Notes: generated from the letters alone by a model not told the origin. A DNA stretch of 64,000 nucleotides from Parcubacteria group bacterium GW2011_GWA2_51_10 (GCA_001004265.1 LCQS01000005.1:5371-69370); one strand, 5' to 3'. Positions 25,551 through 34,907 are shown, numbered from the stretch's first letter. Program-made: numbers and translations.

Positions 25551-25984
25551 CTGCGTTAGGCAGTCGCCGATATTGCCTGCCGCAGGCAGTTGCAATATCG
25601 AGCGTCCCGAGCGAAGTCGAGGGACTGCCCTTCGATAAACTCAGGGCTCTCGATTCTGCAGCCACCTGCGGCGGGCATAATCGGAGGAAAGTCCGGACAT
25701 AGCCAGCATTTAATGTTGGAGCATGGTAGTGGGTAATACCCATCCACAGTGATGCGAGAGGTGCGAGCAGTGACGCCGACTCCGAAAGGAGAAGGATTCC
25801 TTCGGGAATAATCGTATCGAGAGATACGGGTGAAACGGCAAAATCCTTACCGCTATGCAAGGTCGCGTCCAGCCGCAGTTTTATTCAATTGATAAAACTA
25901 CAGCTGGAAGAACCGCTTGAGGTGAATGGCAACATTCATCCCAGATAAATGGCTGCCCTCGACAGAATCCGGCTTATTGCGCAG
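25551..25984 (+). ncRNA. rnpB: RNase P RNA, bacterial type A, with a greatly expanded P3
   Basis: P1 ctgcg...cgcag; P2 aggcagtcgcc; CR-I GGAGGAAAGTCCGGAC (25683-98); CR-V-like ACAGAATCCGGCTTAT (25962-77). P3 is gcctgccgcagg (25575-86) / cctgcggcgggc (25665-76) and encloses ~78 nt. Confidence 0.9.
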
Positions 25985-25996
25985 TGCAGGCGAGCA

Positions 25997-26025
25997 AAGC
26001 AAACGAGCTTTGCTCGTTTGCTTTT
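25997..26025 (+). terminator. intrinsic terminator after rnpB
   Basis: aagcaaacgagc-ttt-gctcgtttgctt followed by TT. A second hairpin (aaagagatgc...gcgtctcttt + tct) lies ~60 nt downstream. Confidence 0.65.
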
Positions 26026-26200
26026 GAGCCAAACAAGCAAAACGAGCGAAGCGAGTACAACGCAGAAATGAAAAGAGATGCTCTAAAGGCGTCTCTTTTC
26101 TACATTATCTGGGCTAGTTTTTCCACATTGGCGATAATAGAATATGCTACACTGGCTGGGTTATCTGTAAACAACTCTTTTTAAGAGGCATGTTTGTATC

Positions 26201-28576
26201 ATGAATACAATTCTCGATGCGGTCTCGAAGTGGAGCATGGTCTTGGTGTTCGGCCTCCTGCCATTCTTTTTTATTCCAGTTCCGTGGTTTGCGGTTACTC
26301 AAAGCAAAGCTGTGCTCGTTGGGATTCTTTTGACGGTTGCTGGGCTCTCATGGCTCGCTTCGCGACTTTTGGAAGGCGCGCTTCGAGCGCCGGGCCCATT
26401 TGTCCTCGGCGCAGTAGCGCTTCTTCCTATCGCATATTTCGTTTCCGCAGTTCTTTCCGGGTTCTCGTCGGTATCGTTATTCGGCAGCGGCATAGATCCG
26501 GATACCTTTGCTGCAGTAAGTCTGAGCTTTGGCGGATTCGCGCTCGCTGCTCTTATTTTCTCCCAAAGCTTTGAACGTGTCAGAATAGGAGTGCGCGCTT
26601 TCTTTATCGGTGCACTTATTCTCGAAGTGATCCAGATCCTGCACCTTTCGTTTCCGGCGGCACTTTCATTTGGCGGCGCTATTGTCGGGCAGGCCGGGAA
26701 TGCATTTGGCAGCTGGCATGATCTTGCGATTCTTGCAGGCGTTCTTGCATTTCTTGGCGCCGCTTTTTCGGGGACGCAACTCGCGACAGGAAGATGGAAA
26801 TATCTTTTTCACGCAGTTATCGCCCTCTCAATAATACTTCTCGTTATCACTAATTTTCGCGATGTCTGGATAGCATTTGCCGTTCTTTCATTTCTATATT
26901 TTCTGCATCTTTTGTACGGGCGAAAGTCTCGTGTTTTTGAAGATACACTGCTATCTTCGCCCAGCATCGCCGGCGTGGGGACAGAGGGCATTGCGCGAGA
27001 AACGCTGAGGAAGGCAGCCAACTGGAAGTGGGCAGTCCTTGGCGTAGTTTCGATACTTTTGGCATTCTATGGCACAAATGTCGTAAACCTGCTCCCCGCG
27101 CAGATGCAGGTGGCAACCATAGAGGTGCGTCCATCTTGGCGAGGGACGTACATCGTCGGTCAGCAATCGCTCACAAATCCAAGAATGCTTTTCTTTGGTT
27201 CGGGCCCGAATACGTTTACGAACGAATGGAGACTCTACAAGCCGGCAGAAATTAACGCAACGCAGTTCTGGAATGCGGAATTCAGTTCCGGCATCGGCTC
27301 GGTTCCGACGTCTCTCATTACTGTCGGCGTCGTGGGTTTCTTGGCGTGGATAGAGGTGCTCGTTGCCCTGCTATGGGTCGCATATGCGGCACTTCGCAGG
27401 GGCAGAGATGAGAATGGATACGCGGGCGTTGTCGCGCCAATAGCGCTCTCAACTATTTTTCTCTTTGCATTTTCCGTTTTGTATGTCCCGGGTGCCGGTT
27501 TGAGTATGCTGTCGTTTCTGCTCTTTGGCCTTTTGCTCGCGCTCGCAGCTCTCATCGGCGCCGTTCCTCTTCGTACTTTCAGTTTGCGGCCCGATATGTC
27601 CGGTACTTCTGTGCGCGAGATGATTCTTCGCCCTGGCGCGGCAATGGCGGCGACAGGAGTGCTAGCGACGCTGATTTTTGTCGCTGCCATCGGATACGCA
27701 TCATACGGAAGTGCGCGAGCGCTTACGTCTGACGCATACCTCAACCGCGGCATTCTCGCGTATAACAGCTCAAGTGATATCACGCTGTCGTCCGAACTTG
27801 TCGGGAAGGCCATACGCATCTCCCCTGATAACGATCGCGCGCAGCGCGCGGCAGTGCAGCTCGGCCTTCTGCAGCTCCAACAACTCATATCGACCGCCAA
27901 TCCGGACGATGAGGCGGCGCGCGCACAGCTCCAAAGCACGCTTGAGCAGACAATCCAGCACGGTCTCAATGCAGTTTCCATCAATAGCGGCAGTTATCAG
28001 AACTGGCTCGAGCTCGCCTCGCTCTATAGAGAACTTGCGGGTGCGAACGTGCAAGGTGCCTACGAGAATGCTCGAGCGGCATATGATCGCGCGCGTGAGG
28101 GGAACCCCAAGAATCCTCTTCCCTTGCTACAGCTCGCGCAATTGGAAATTCTGCAGAATAGGCCTACCGATGCGCTGCAGTTCCTCGCTGCGGCACTACA
28201 GCTGAAGCCCGATTTCGCTCCGGCGTATTATTACTCTTCACAAATTTTCGCGGTGCAAAATGACTTCGCGAGCGCCATGCAGGCCGCGGCGAATGCGGTG
28301 AAGTATGCAGAGAACGATCCTCTCGGGTGGTATAACCTCGGCAGCATCGCCTATGCGAGCGGGGATTATGCGAATGCCGAGGTTGCACTTCAACAAGCGC
28401 TCGTTCGCCAGCCGCAGTATGCCAACGCGCTCTACATGCTCGGCCTTACGTTCTATCGAGAGGGGAAGACCGACGCGGCGTTGCAGGTATTTATCGAGCT
28501 TGATAGATTGAATCCGAATCAGCCGCTCGTGCAGGAAATACTTCAGAATATTCGAGCCGGTAGGCCGATTTCATAG
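26201..28576 (+). CDS. large polytopic membrane protein with C-terminal TPR repeats (O-antigen-ligase/Wzy-like architecture)
   Basis: About 12 hydrophobic segments in residues 1-480, then TPR-like repeats (AYENARAAYDRAREGNP, PAYYYSSQIFAVQNDFASAMQAA, GWYNLGSIAYASGDYANAEVALQQAL, ALYMLGLTFYREGKTDAAL). Confidence 0.6.
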   Translation: MNTILDAVSKWSMVLVFGLLPFFFIPVPWFAVTQSKAVLVGILLTVAGLSWLASRLLEGALRAPGPFVLGAVALLPIAYFVSAVLSGFSSVSLFGSGIDPDTFAAVSLSFGGFALAALIFSQSFERVRIGVRAFFIGALILEVIQILHLSFPAALSFGGAIVGQAGNAFGSWHDLAILAGVLAFLGAAFSGTQLATGRWKYLFHAVIALSIILLVITNFRDVWIAFAVLSFLYFLHLLYGRKSRVFEDTLLSSPSIAGVGTEGIARETLRKAANWKWAVLGVVSILLAFYGTNVVNLLPAQMQVATIEVRPSWRGTYIVGQQSLTNPRMLFFGSGPNTFTNEWRLYKPAEINATQFWNAEFSSGIGSVPTSLITVGVVGFLAWIEVLVALLWVAYAALRRGRDENGYAGVVAPIALSTIFLFAFSVLYVPGAGLSMLSFLLFGLLLALAALIGAVPLRTFSLRPDMSGTSVREMILRPGAAMAATGVLATLIFVAAIGYASYGSARALTSDAYLNRGILAYNSSSDITLSSELVGKAIRISPDNDRAQRAAVQLGLLQLQQLISTANPDDEAARAQLQSTLEQTIQHGLNAVSINSGSYQNWLELASLYRELAGANVQGAYENARAAYDRAREGNPKNPLPLLQLAQLEILQNRPTDALQFLAAALQLKPDFAPAYYYSSQIFAVQNDFASAMQAAANAVKYAENDPLGWYNLGSIAYASGDYANAEVALQQALVRQPQYANALYMLGLTFYREGKTDAALQVFIELDRLNPNQPLVQEILQNIRAGRPIS

Positions 28577-28655
28577 ACCACGCCCTGTTTTTTGTGGTTT
28601 CCCCCAGGCGCTTCGTTAAAAGTGCAGACCCAGGCGTGTGGCACAATGAGGTCAA

Positions 28656-30359
28656 ATGCCTAAACTAAGCGCGGGATTCCGGTTTCTCTCCTCGGAAGTG
28701 CGGGGTCTCCAAGCCGCAGTCTACGTGCTCGCGCTCTTTGCGCTTTTCTCCTCGCTCTTGGCGCTCGTACGCGACCGGCTTTTGGCGAGTTTTTTCGGCG
28801 CCGGAGTCGATCTCGATGTGTATTATGCTGCATTTCGAATACCGGATTTGATTTTCGTCACCCTCGGCGCACTCGTTTCCGTTTATATTCTTATCCCCGA
28901 ACTTGCGAATCGAGACCAAGAAAATCAGAAGAACTACATCGATACAGTTTTTATTGGGTTTTCCATTTTCGCGATCGTCATCAGTTCGATTGCGGCCGCT
29001 CTTGCGCCGACGCTCTTGAGGGCGCTCTTTCCGGAATTCGTCGAAGCAGGTCTATTGCCCGAACTTGTGGGGCTGACGCGGATCATGCTCTTGCAGCCAA
29101 TTCTTCTAGGCCTCTCGAATATATTTGCGGCGATAACACAGACGCGTCACCGCTATGCGCTCTACGCCGCATCGCCTCTCGCTTACAATCTTGGCATCAT
29201 CATCGGCATTGTCGTGCTGTACCCAGTAATAGGGCTTCCGGGGCTTGCGTGGGGGGTTGTTTTAGGGGCGCTTCTCCACGCGGGGATTCAAATTCCGGCC
29301 ATCATGAGAGATGGATTTTTTAAATCTATACCGCACTTTTCTCAGCCGGCTGCACTGTGGAGAACTGTTACCATTTCTGTCCCGCGCGCTCTCGCGCTAT
29401 CGATGAATCAGATTACGTTCATTGGTCTTACAGCACTTGCGGGAACACTCGCAACAGGTTCGATCGCTGTCATGACGCTGGCCAATAATCTTCACAGCGT
29501 GCCACTCTCGATCATCGGAGCATCATATTCGGTAGCGGCGTTTCCGACGCTTGCACTCGCATTTTCAAACGGGAGAACTTCTGAATTCGTCGAGCATATT
29601 GCAACAGCGGCGCGCCATATTCTTTTCTGGTCGCTTCCGGCGACGGCACTCATCATTGTGTTGCGCGCGCACATCGTGCGCGTCGTTCTGGGAAGTGGTG
29701 CGTTCGATTGGACGGACACGCGACTCACGGCGGCTGCCTTCGCGCTTCTCTCGATATCGCTCGTATTTCAGGCGCTGATACTGCTCCTCGTTCGCGGATA
29801 CTACGCAGCGGGACGCACGTTCGTGCCGCTTCTCCTTTCCAGCGGAATTGCCGCTCTCACAATCGGAACGGGTTTCTCGCTCATACGGTTGTTCGAGAGT
29901 CCCTCGGTTCTTCTTTTTGCAGAGTCGCTCTTTCGGGTCGAAGATATAGCGGGAACAGACGTATTAGCTCTTGCCATCTCATACTCTGCCGCCACGTGCA
30001 TCGGGACGATTCTGCTCGTTCTTCATTTCAATCACCGCTTCAAGGGTTTTTTGAATGGGATCAAGCGCACCATGGCGGAAGCTCTCGTAGCCGCATTTTC
30101 GGCCGGGCTTGGCGCGTACGCCGTTTTATGGTCACTCGGACCGCTTGCAATAACCCCGACACTTCTTTCTGTTTTTGTGCGCGGTTTTGCAGCCGGGGTG
30201 TTCGGCATTATAGTTGCCTCTCTTGTTTATTCGCTGCTTAAAAACCGTGAATACAGGGAAACTGCAGGGGCGGTGCGGAGCCGTCTGTGGCGCGAGCCGG
30301 TCGAAGAGAAAAAAGCTGTTTCGATTGTCGCCTCGAGTGAGGAGACACCGCAGCTATAG
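28656..30359 (+). CDS. murJ: lipid II flippase MurJ (MviN family)
   Basis: LLALVRDRLLASFFGAGVDLDVYYAAFRIPDLIF, followed by ~14 TM segments. Confidence 0.9.
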   Translation: MPKLSAGFRFLSSEVRGLQAAVYVLALFALFSSLLALVRDRLLASFFGAGVDLDVYYAAFRIPDLIFVTLGALVSVYILIPELANRDQENQKNYIDTVFIGFSIFAIVISSIAAALAPTLLRALFPEFVEAGLLPELVGLTRIMLLQPILLGLSNIFAAITQTRHRYALYAASPLAYNLGIIIGIVVLYPVIGLPGLAWGVVLGALLHAGIQIPAIMRDGFFKSIPHFSQPAALWRTVTISVPRALALSMNQITFIGLTALAGTLATGSIAVMTLANNLHSVPLSIIGASYSVAAFPTLALAFSNGRTSEFVEHIATAARHILFWSLPATALIIVLRAHIVRVVLGSGAFDWTDTRLTAAAFALLSISLVFQALILLLVRGYYAAGRTFVPLLLSSGIAALTIGTGFSLIRLFESPSVLLFAESLFRVEDIAGTDVLALAISYSAATCIGTILLVLHFNHRFKGFLNGIKRTMAEALVAAFSAGLGAYAVLWSLGPLAITPTLLSVFVRGFAAGVFGIIVASLVYSLLKNREYRETAGAVRSRLWREPVEEKKAVSIVASSEETPQL

Positions 30360-30407
30360 AACTAGTTAGTAGTAAGTTGAAGGTAGTAAGTAGATAGTAG
30401 TGAATAC

Positions 30408-32690
30408 ATGTCATCTAACATTCGAAACTTCAGCATTATTTCTCACATTGATCATGGTAAGAGCACGTTGGCGGATCGGATGCTCGAGCTCACGGCCACA
30501 ATCGCTCCGCGTGAGATGCATGAGCAAGTACTTGATCGGATGGAACTGGAGCGTGAACGCGGCATTACGATCAAAATGGCACCTGTGCGGATGCTGTGGC
30601 ATCCGCACCGCAGACTTACGCAGAATGAGACGCAGAAGGACGCAGAATGGATACAAGGAGACGATTTCTTATATAAAGATCTCACTTACAAAATACGCGG
30701 CATTTTTTTTGATGTACGAAAGAAATTAGGGCTGGGACATAAAGAACAGATCTATCACAATGCGCTTGAAATAGAATTCAAGAAAAATGGATTGGTTTTT
30801 GAAAGCAAAAAAAATATACCAATTCTTTACGACGGCAATAATATCGGACTATATCAGCCGGATTTTGTTGTTGAAGGCAAGGTGCTGATAGAACTTAAGG
30901 CGTTGCCAGAAATTAGCCGGCCGCAAACTGAGCAGTTATGGTCATATTTGAAAGGTTGTGAGTATAAGGTCGCTCTTTTAGTAAATTACGGCTCAAAAGA
31001 TTTGGAAATCAAGCGAATAGTCTATGATAAATCCCGCCCGAGTTCTTCTGCGTTGTCTGCGTTGTCTGCGTTAAGTCTGCGTGAGTCTGCGGGCGTGTCG
31101 AATCAGGTTGAAGAATATGTTCTAAACCTGATCGACACGCCAGGACATGTCGATTTTGCTTATGAAGTTTCCCGTGCGCTTTCTGCGGTGGAAGGCGTCG
31201 TGCTTTTAGTCGATTCGACGCAAGGAGTAGAAGCGCAGACTCTTTCCGTTCTTTCTGTCGCAAAGAATCTCGGACTTGAGATCATACCTGTTGTATCGAA
31301 AATAGACGCACCGAATGCGCGCGTCTCTGATATCGTAAGCGAGGTGGCGCTTCTTCTAAACTGTCCGGAATCGAGCATTCTGCGCGCATCGGGAAAAACA
31401 GGCGAAGGCGTAGCACACATCCTAAATACGATCGTGGAAAAAATACCGCCACCGAAATCGACAGGCGCAGGCGTTCAAGCACTGATTTTTGACTTCGGCT
31501 ACTCCGATCATCGCGGCGTCATTGTCTACGCGCGCGTCTTCGGCGGCAAAATCGCAAAAGGCGATTCGCTTCGCTTTTGCGCTGCACAGACAGATTTTCA
31601 AGCTCTCGAAGTTGGATGGCTTACGCCGCGCGAAACTCCATCGGAGGTTTTACATGAGGGCGAAATCGGATACATAGTCACCGGTATAAAAAAGGCAGGC
31701 ATTGCTTCTGTCGGCGATACGCTCACCTCGGTGCGCAATCCCTCTCACGCTCTTCCGGGCTATTCTCCGCCGGCGCCCGTCATTTGGGCAAGTGTGTATC
31801 CGGAGAGTCAGGATGATCTCGTCCTTTTGCGTCAGTCGCTCGAGCGGTTGCGTCTTTCAGATTCGTCTCTTTCTTATGAAGAAGAATCATCCGGAATAAT
31901 GGGCAAGGGTTTCCGTTGCGGATTTCTCGGCATGCTTCACCTGGAAATAATCATTGAACGCTTGCGTCGAGAATTTGCACTCAATCTCGTCGTTACGATG
32001 CCGACGACCGTATATCGAATCACACACACAAATGGGAAGGTGGAGGATATCTATTCGCCCGCACATTTCCCCGACGAGGGAACCGCAAAAAGGGTTGAGG
32101 AGCTCTGGAGCAAAGTGTCTGTAATTGCTCCGCCCGAATATTACGGAGCCATTTCGCAACTTCTCTATGATCATGAAGCGGAAATAGGAGAGACAGCCAC
32201 GCTGCCCGATGGAAAAATGCAGGTGTATGCCGACATGCCGCTCCGGGAGCTGATGCGCGGCTTTTTTGACAAGCTCAAGAGCGTTTCGTCAGGATTCGCA
32301 TCTCTCTCATATGAGCTTCTAGGATTTCGTGATGCGGATGTCGTTCGGCTTGATGTGCTCGTTGCCGATGAAATTGTTCCGGCGTTCGCCCGCATCGTAA
32401 GTCGGCGGCGAGTTCAGCATGAGTCAGAAGCAATTGTAAAAAAGCTTGAGGAATTATTGCCCCGCCAACTTTTCGTTTTAAAAATTCAAGCAAAAGCAAT
32501 GGGGCGTATTATTGCCGCGCGTCGCGTGTCGGCGCTCCGCAAGGACGTTACGGGATACCTCTATGGAGGCGACATCACGCGTAAGATGAAGCTTCTCGAG
32601 AAACAAAAACGCGGCAAGAAGAAAATGCTGGCACGCGGGAAGGTGGATATTCCACACGATGTTTTTCTTAGAGTTATTCGGGATAGTTAG
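30408..32690 (+). CDS. lepA: translation elongation factor 4 (LepA) carrying a ~160-aa in-frame insertion in the G domain
   Basis: IRNFSIISHIDHGKSTLADR, ERERGITIK, [insert], LNLIDTPGHVDFAYEVSR, FRCGFLGMLHLEIIIERL, and C-terminal YGGDITRKMKLLEKQKRGKKKM. It is 760 aa, against roughly 600 for typical LepA (recalled). Confidence 0.95.
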   Translation: MSSNIRNFSIISHIDHGKSTLADRMLELTATIAPREMHEQVLDRMELERERGITIKMAPVRMLWHPHRRLTQNETQKDAEWIQGDDFLYKDLTYKIRGIFFDVRKKLGLGHKEQIYHNALEIEFKKNGLVFESKKNIPILYDGNNIGLYQPDFVVEGKVLIELKALPEISRPQTEQLWSYLKGCEYKVALLVNYGSKDLEIKRIVYDKSRPSSSALSALSALSLRESAGVSNQVEEYVLNLIDTPGHVDFAYEVSRALSAVEGVVLLVDSTQGVEAQTLSVLSVAKNLGLEIIPVVSKIDAPNARVSDIVSEVALLLNCPESSILRASGKTGEGVAHILNTIVEKIPPPKSTGAGVQALIFDFGYSDHRGVIVYARVFGGKIAKGDSLRFCAAQTDFQALEVGWLTPRETPSEVLHEGEIGYIVTGIKKAGIASVGDTLTSVRNPSHALPGYSPPAPVIWASVYPESQDDLVLLRQSLERLRLSDSSLSYEEESSGIMGKGFRCGFLGMLHLEIIIERLRREFALNLVVTMPTTVYRITHTNGKVEDIYSPAHFPDEGTAKRVEELWSKVSVIAPPEYYGAISQLLYDHEAEIGETATLPDGKMQVYADMPLRELMRGFFDKLKSVSSGFASLSYELLGFRDADVVRLDVLVADEIVPAFARIVSRRRVQHESEAIVKKLEELLPRQLFVLKIQAKAMGRIIAARRVSALRKDVTGYLYGGDITRKMKLLEKQKRGKKKMLARGKVDIPHDVFLRVIRDS
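30608..31092 (+). mobile_element. AT-rich cassette encoding a GxxExxY-type PD-(D/E)XK nuclease fold, flanked by inverted ACGCAGA-heptamer arrays, in-frame within lepA
   Basis: 5' arm ccgcagacttacgcagaatgagacgcagaaggacgcagaa; 3' arm ttctgcgttgtctgcgttgtctgcgttaagtctgcgtgagtctgcgg. Core motifs are GHKEQIY, PDFVVEGKVLIELK and LVNYG. Hand count gives 28-37% GC inside versus 57% in flanking lepA. Confidence 0.6.
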
Positions 32691-32848
32691 TTATTCTCGG
32701 GCCAAATCCTAAAAGTACGCCCCACAATATAATATGCGTAATCTAGTGGTCATTTGAGGTTAAACTCCCGGAGGTCAGGAATGTCGCTAGTACATTGTGG
32801 ATAACCAAATGCGTCACGCTACGCGGATGTACTATTAAATAATATCGC

Positions 32849-34867
32849 ATGTCGAGAATTAACCTTTCAATTATTGGAACCGTGCTCGCGCTGGCACTCG
32901 TCGCTACATTGGTCTACTCAACTGCGCAAACGAACCGACTCAACGTAGATTCACAATTGCAACTCGGTGCGGTAGGCACCGCGACCGAATCAGTTCTCTG
33001 GCTCGAAGAAAAGTCCGAATTTCTAAGCGGTGAGACATTCTCGGTGGCCTGGAATAATCCCGGGGCAACGTACCCTCTTGATTGGGTTGGCATCACAACC
33101 GTCGGGGGAGCGTTTGGAAGCGCGGGAACCGGACAAGGAACTTCGTGGTTCTACACGGGCGGATACAAGAGTGCCAGCAAACCTCTCGTAGCGCCAAGCA
33201 TGCCTGGCGATTACGAAGTAGTGTACTACCTGGACAATTCGACCGATCGAATACTTGTACGCATACCGCTGCGCGTGATTTCGCAAACGAGTGTCCCGAC
33301 AGTGGCCCCGGCAGCTCCCGCTCCCGCTCCCGCTCCCGCTCCCGCTCCTGTCGCTGTCGTGCCAGCTGCTTCAACACAAACAACAACGTATGTTCCCGCT
33401 TCGATTCCAACTCCAGCTTCAACTCAAACATCGACCGGCGGCAGCATCGCTCCCAGCGCAAACGACCCGGCGGCCGCTTCTTTCCTGCAGCTTGGGACGG
33501 GCGCGTTATCACGAACATTCCTCGACAAGGGCCGCGACACACTAAGCGTTAAGGACTGCGGAGCGCGCGGCAATAGCGTTGCGAACGATACGGCAGCGCT
33601 GCGGGCCTGCGCGTCACTTGCACGTGCGAGCAATCAGCGAGAGCTCACATGTCCGCGTGGCACGTACATAATCTCCGCGCCCATCAATGTTTCGGGTATA
33701 TCGCTTATTGGCGAAGGGGCTGTTGGATGCACAATTCAGGCGGCCTCAAACTTTGCGGGCGATGCGCTGCTGCTGCTTGACGGTTCTACGGAGGGCGGCG
33801 CAGCGAATTCTCGCTACAGCAATTTCCGACTGCACGGTAACCGCAGGGTCGTCGGCTCTGCGATTGCCGGAATGCAGCTGAAGGGAAACGTTCTATACAA
33901 CTCGTTCGATACTATCCGCATCAACGAAGTCAAGGGCCCGGGTGTGCTCATCCGTGGCGACGGTTCAAGGACCTTCCGGCCTAGTCTTAACACGTTCATC
34001 AATGTCAATGTGAGCAGCGGTGACTCGCATGGGTGGGAAATCCGCGCCGGATTGAGCAATACCTTCATCGGCATCGGCGCGGAGGCTCTCGGCGGTCGCG
34101 GCATCAACGTAACGAGTGCTGATGAAACCGTGGGACGGCTCTCTTTCATCGCGCCCTGGATTGAGGGCGTCGGCATTGGACAAACCGGCTTCTACCTCAA
34201 CGCTTTCGGCGTGCAAGTCATTAATGCGCTGGTGCAGGACTACGGCTCGAGCCCGGCGACAACCGGACATGGTTTTGAGGTTCTCGGCGGGCTTAATGTA
34301 ATCGAGGCACCCGATGTTTCCGGACGCGCTACGTCTGCGCCAGGCAGTCGCAAAATAAAAATTAGTGGTGGCACGCGTCATCAACTGGGCTCGCTCAGCG
34401 CCGCGTTTACGACAAGAGATGTCGAGGATCCGCAAGGCGACACGCTCATAACAAACGCGTGGAACATCGAACTCGCCTCCAAAGAACACGTCTTCCTCTC
34501 GAATGCCTCCGCTGCCATCGCGGGCGGAACGATCCGCTATATTCAGCTAGGAACCGGCTTTGTTTCCGCAACCTATTCCGACGTGCGACAGCGAATCACA
34601 GCTCCCATCACCTTGCTCGGCTTCCGTTTGGAGGCTACACAATTGCCGGGTGGTACCGGAAGTTACGTCGTTCAGGCAATGGTCGATGGCGCAGCCGTCG
34701 GGCCGAAGTTGGTGCTTAATAATGCGAACAAGGGGACAACGAATGACTTAACCAACGAGCTGAACATTCCTGCAGGCTCGTTCTTAAGTTGGCGCGTGAT
34801 CAGCACGCCGGGGGCGGCGACGATACAGCAAGGCGGCTTGCATCTCTCGTACGGTATCCGCAAGTGA
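32849..34867 (+). CDS. membrane-anchored surface protein with a (PA)n linker and a pectate-lyase-superfamily (tailspike-like beta-helix) domain
   Basis: N-terminal TM, then PAAPAPAPAPAPAPVAV and a T/S-rich linker. LSVKDCGARGNSVANDTAALRACASLA matches the N-terminal motif of pectate_lyase_3 / GH28-like beta-helices (recalled). Confidence 0.6.
   Translation: MSRINLSIIGTVLALALVATLVYSTAQTNRLNVDSQLQLGAVGTATESVLWLEEKSEFLSGETFSVAWNNPGATYPLDWVGITTVGGAFGSAGTGQGTSWFYTGGYKSASKPLVAPSMPGDYEVVYYLDNSTDRILVRIPLRVISQTSVPTVAPAAPAPAPAPAPAPVAVVPAASTQTTTYVPASIPTPASTQTSTGGSIAPSANDPAAASFLQLGTGALSRTFLDKGRDTLSVKDCGARGNSVANDTAALRACASLARASNQRELTCPRGTYIISAPINVSGISLIGEGAVGCTIQAASNFAGDALLLLDGSTEGGAANSRYSNFRLHGNRRVVGSAIAGMQLKGNVLYNSFDTIRINEVKGPGVLIRGDGSRTFRPSLNTFINVNVSSGDSHGWEIRAGLSNTFIGIGAEALGGRGINVTSADETVGRLSFIAPWIEGVGIGQTGFYLNAFGVQVINALVQDYGSSPATTGHGFEVLGGLNVIEAPDVSGRATSAPGSRKIKISGGTRHQLGSLSAAFTTRDVEDPQGDTLITNAWNIELASKEHVFLSNASAAIAGGTIRYIQLGTGFVSATYSDVRQRITAPITLLGFRLEATQLPGGTGSYVVQAMVDGAAVGPKLVLNNANKGTTNDLTNELNIPAGSFLSWRVISTPGAATIQQGGLHLSYGIRK
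33314..33349. repeat. hexanucleotide tandem repeat (GCTCCC x5 + GCTCCT) encoding (AP)n
   Basis: Read directly: gctccc gctccc gctccc gctccc gctccc gctcct. Confidence 0.85.
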
Positions 34868-34907
34868 ATGTGCGTGCCATGCTGATCGGTGTGGCGATAA
34901 CGCATCG

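Noticed and set aside
27235-27984. 249-aa minus-strand ORF
   Set aside because: It is antisense to the polytopic membrane/TPR gene and looks like a shadow ORF.
30608-31092. Intein, group I/II intron or CRISPR-like explanations for the lepA insert
   Set aside because: - **Intein:** There is no Cys/Ser/Thr at the N-junction, no His-Asn plus nucleophile at the C-junction, and no Hint motifs.
- **Intron:** The insert is too short and lacks group I or group II core structure.
- **CRISPR:** The heptamer arrays are inverted terminal arrays with no spacers, so this is not a CRISPR array.
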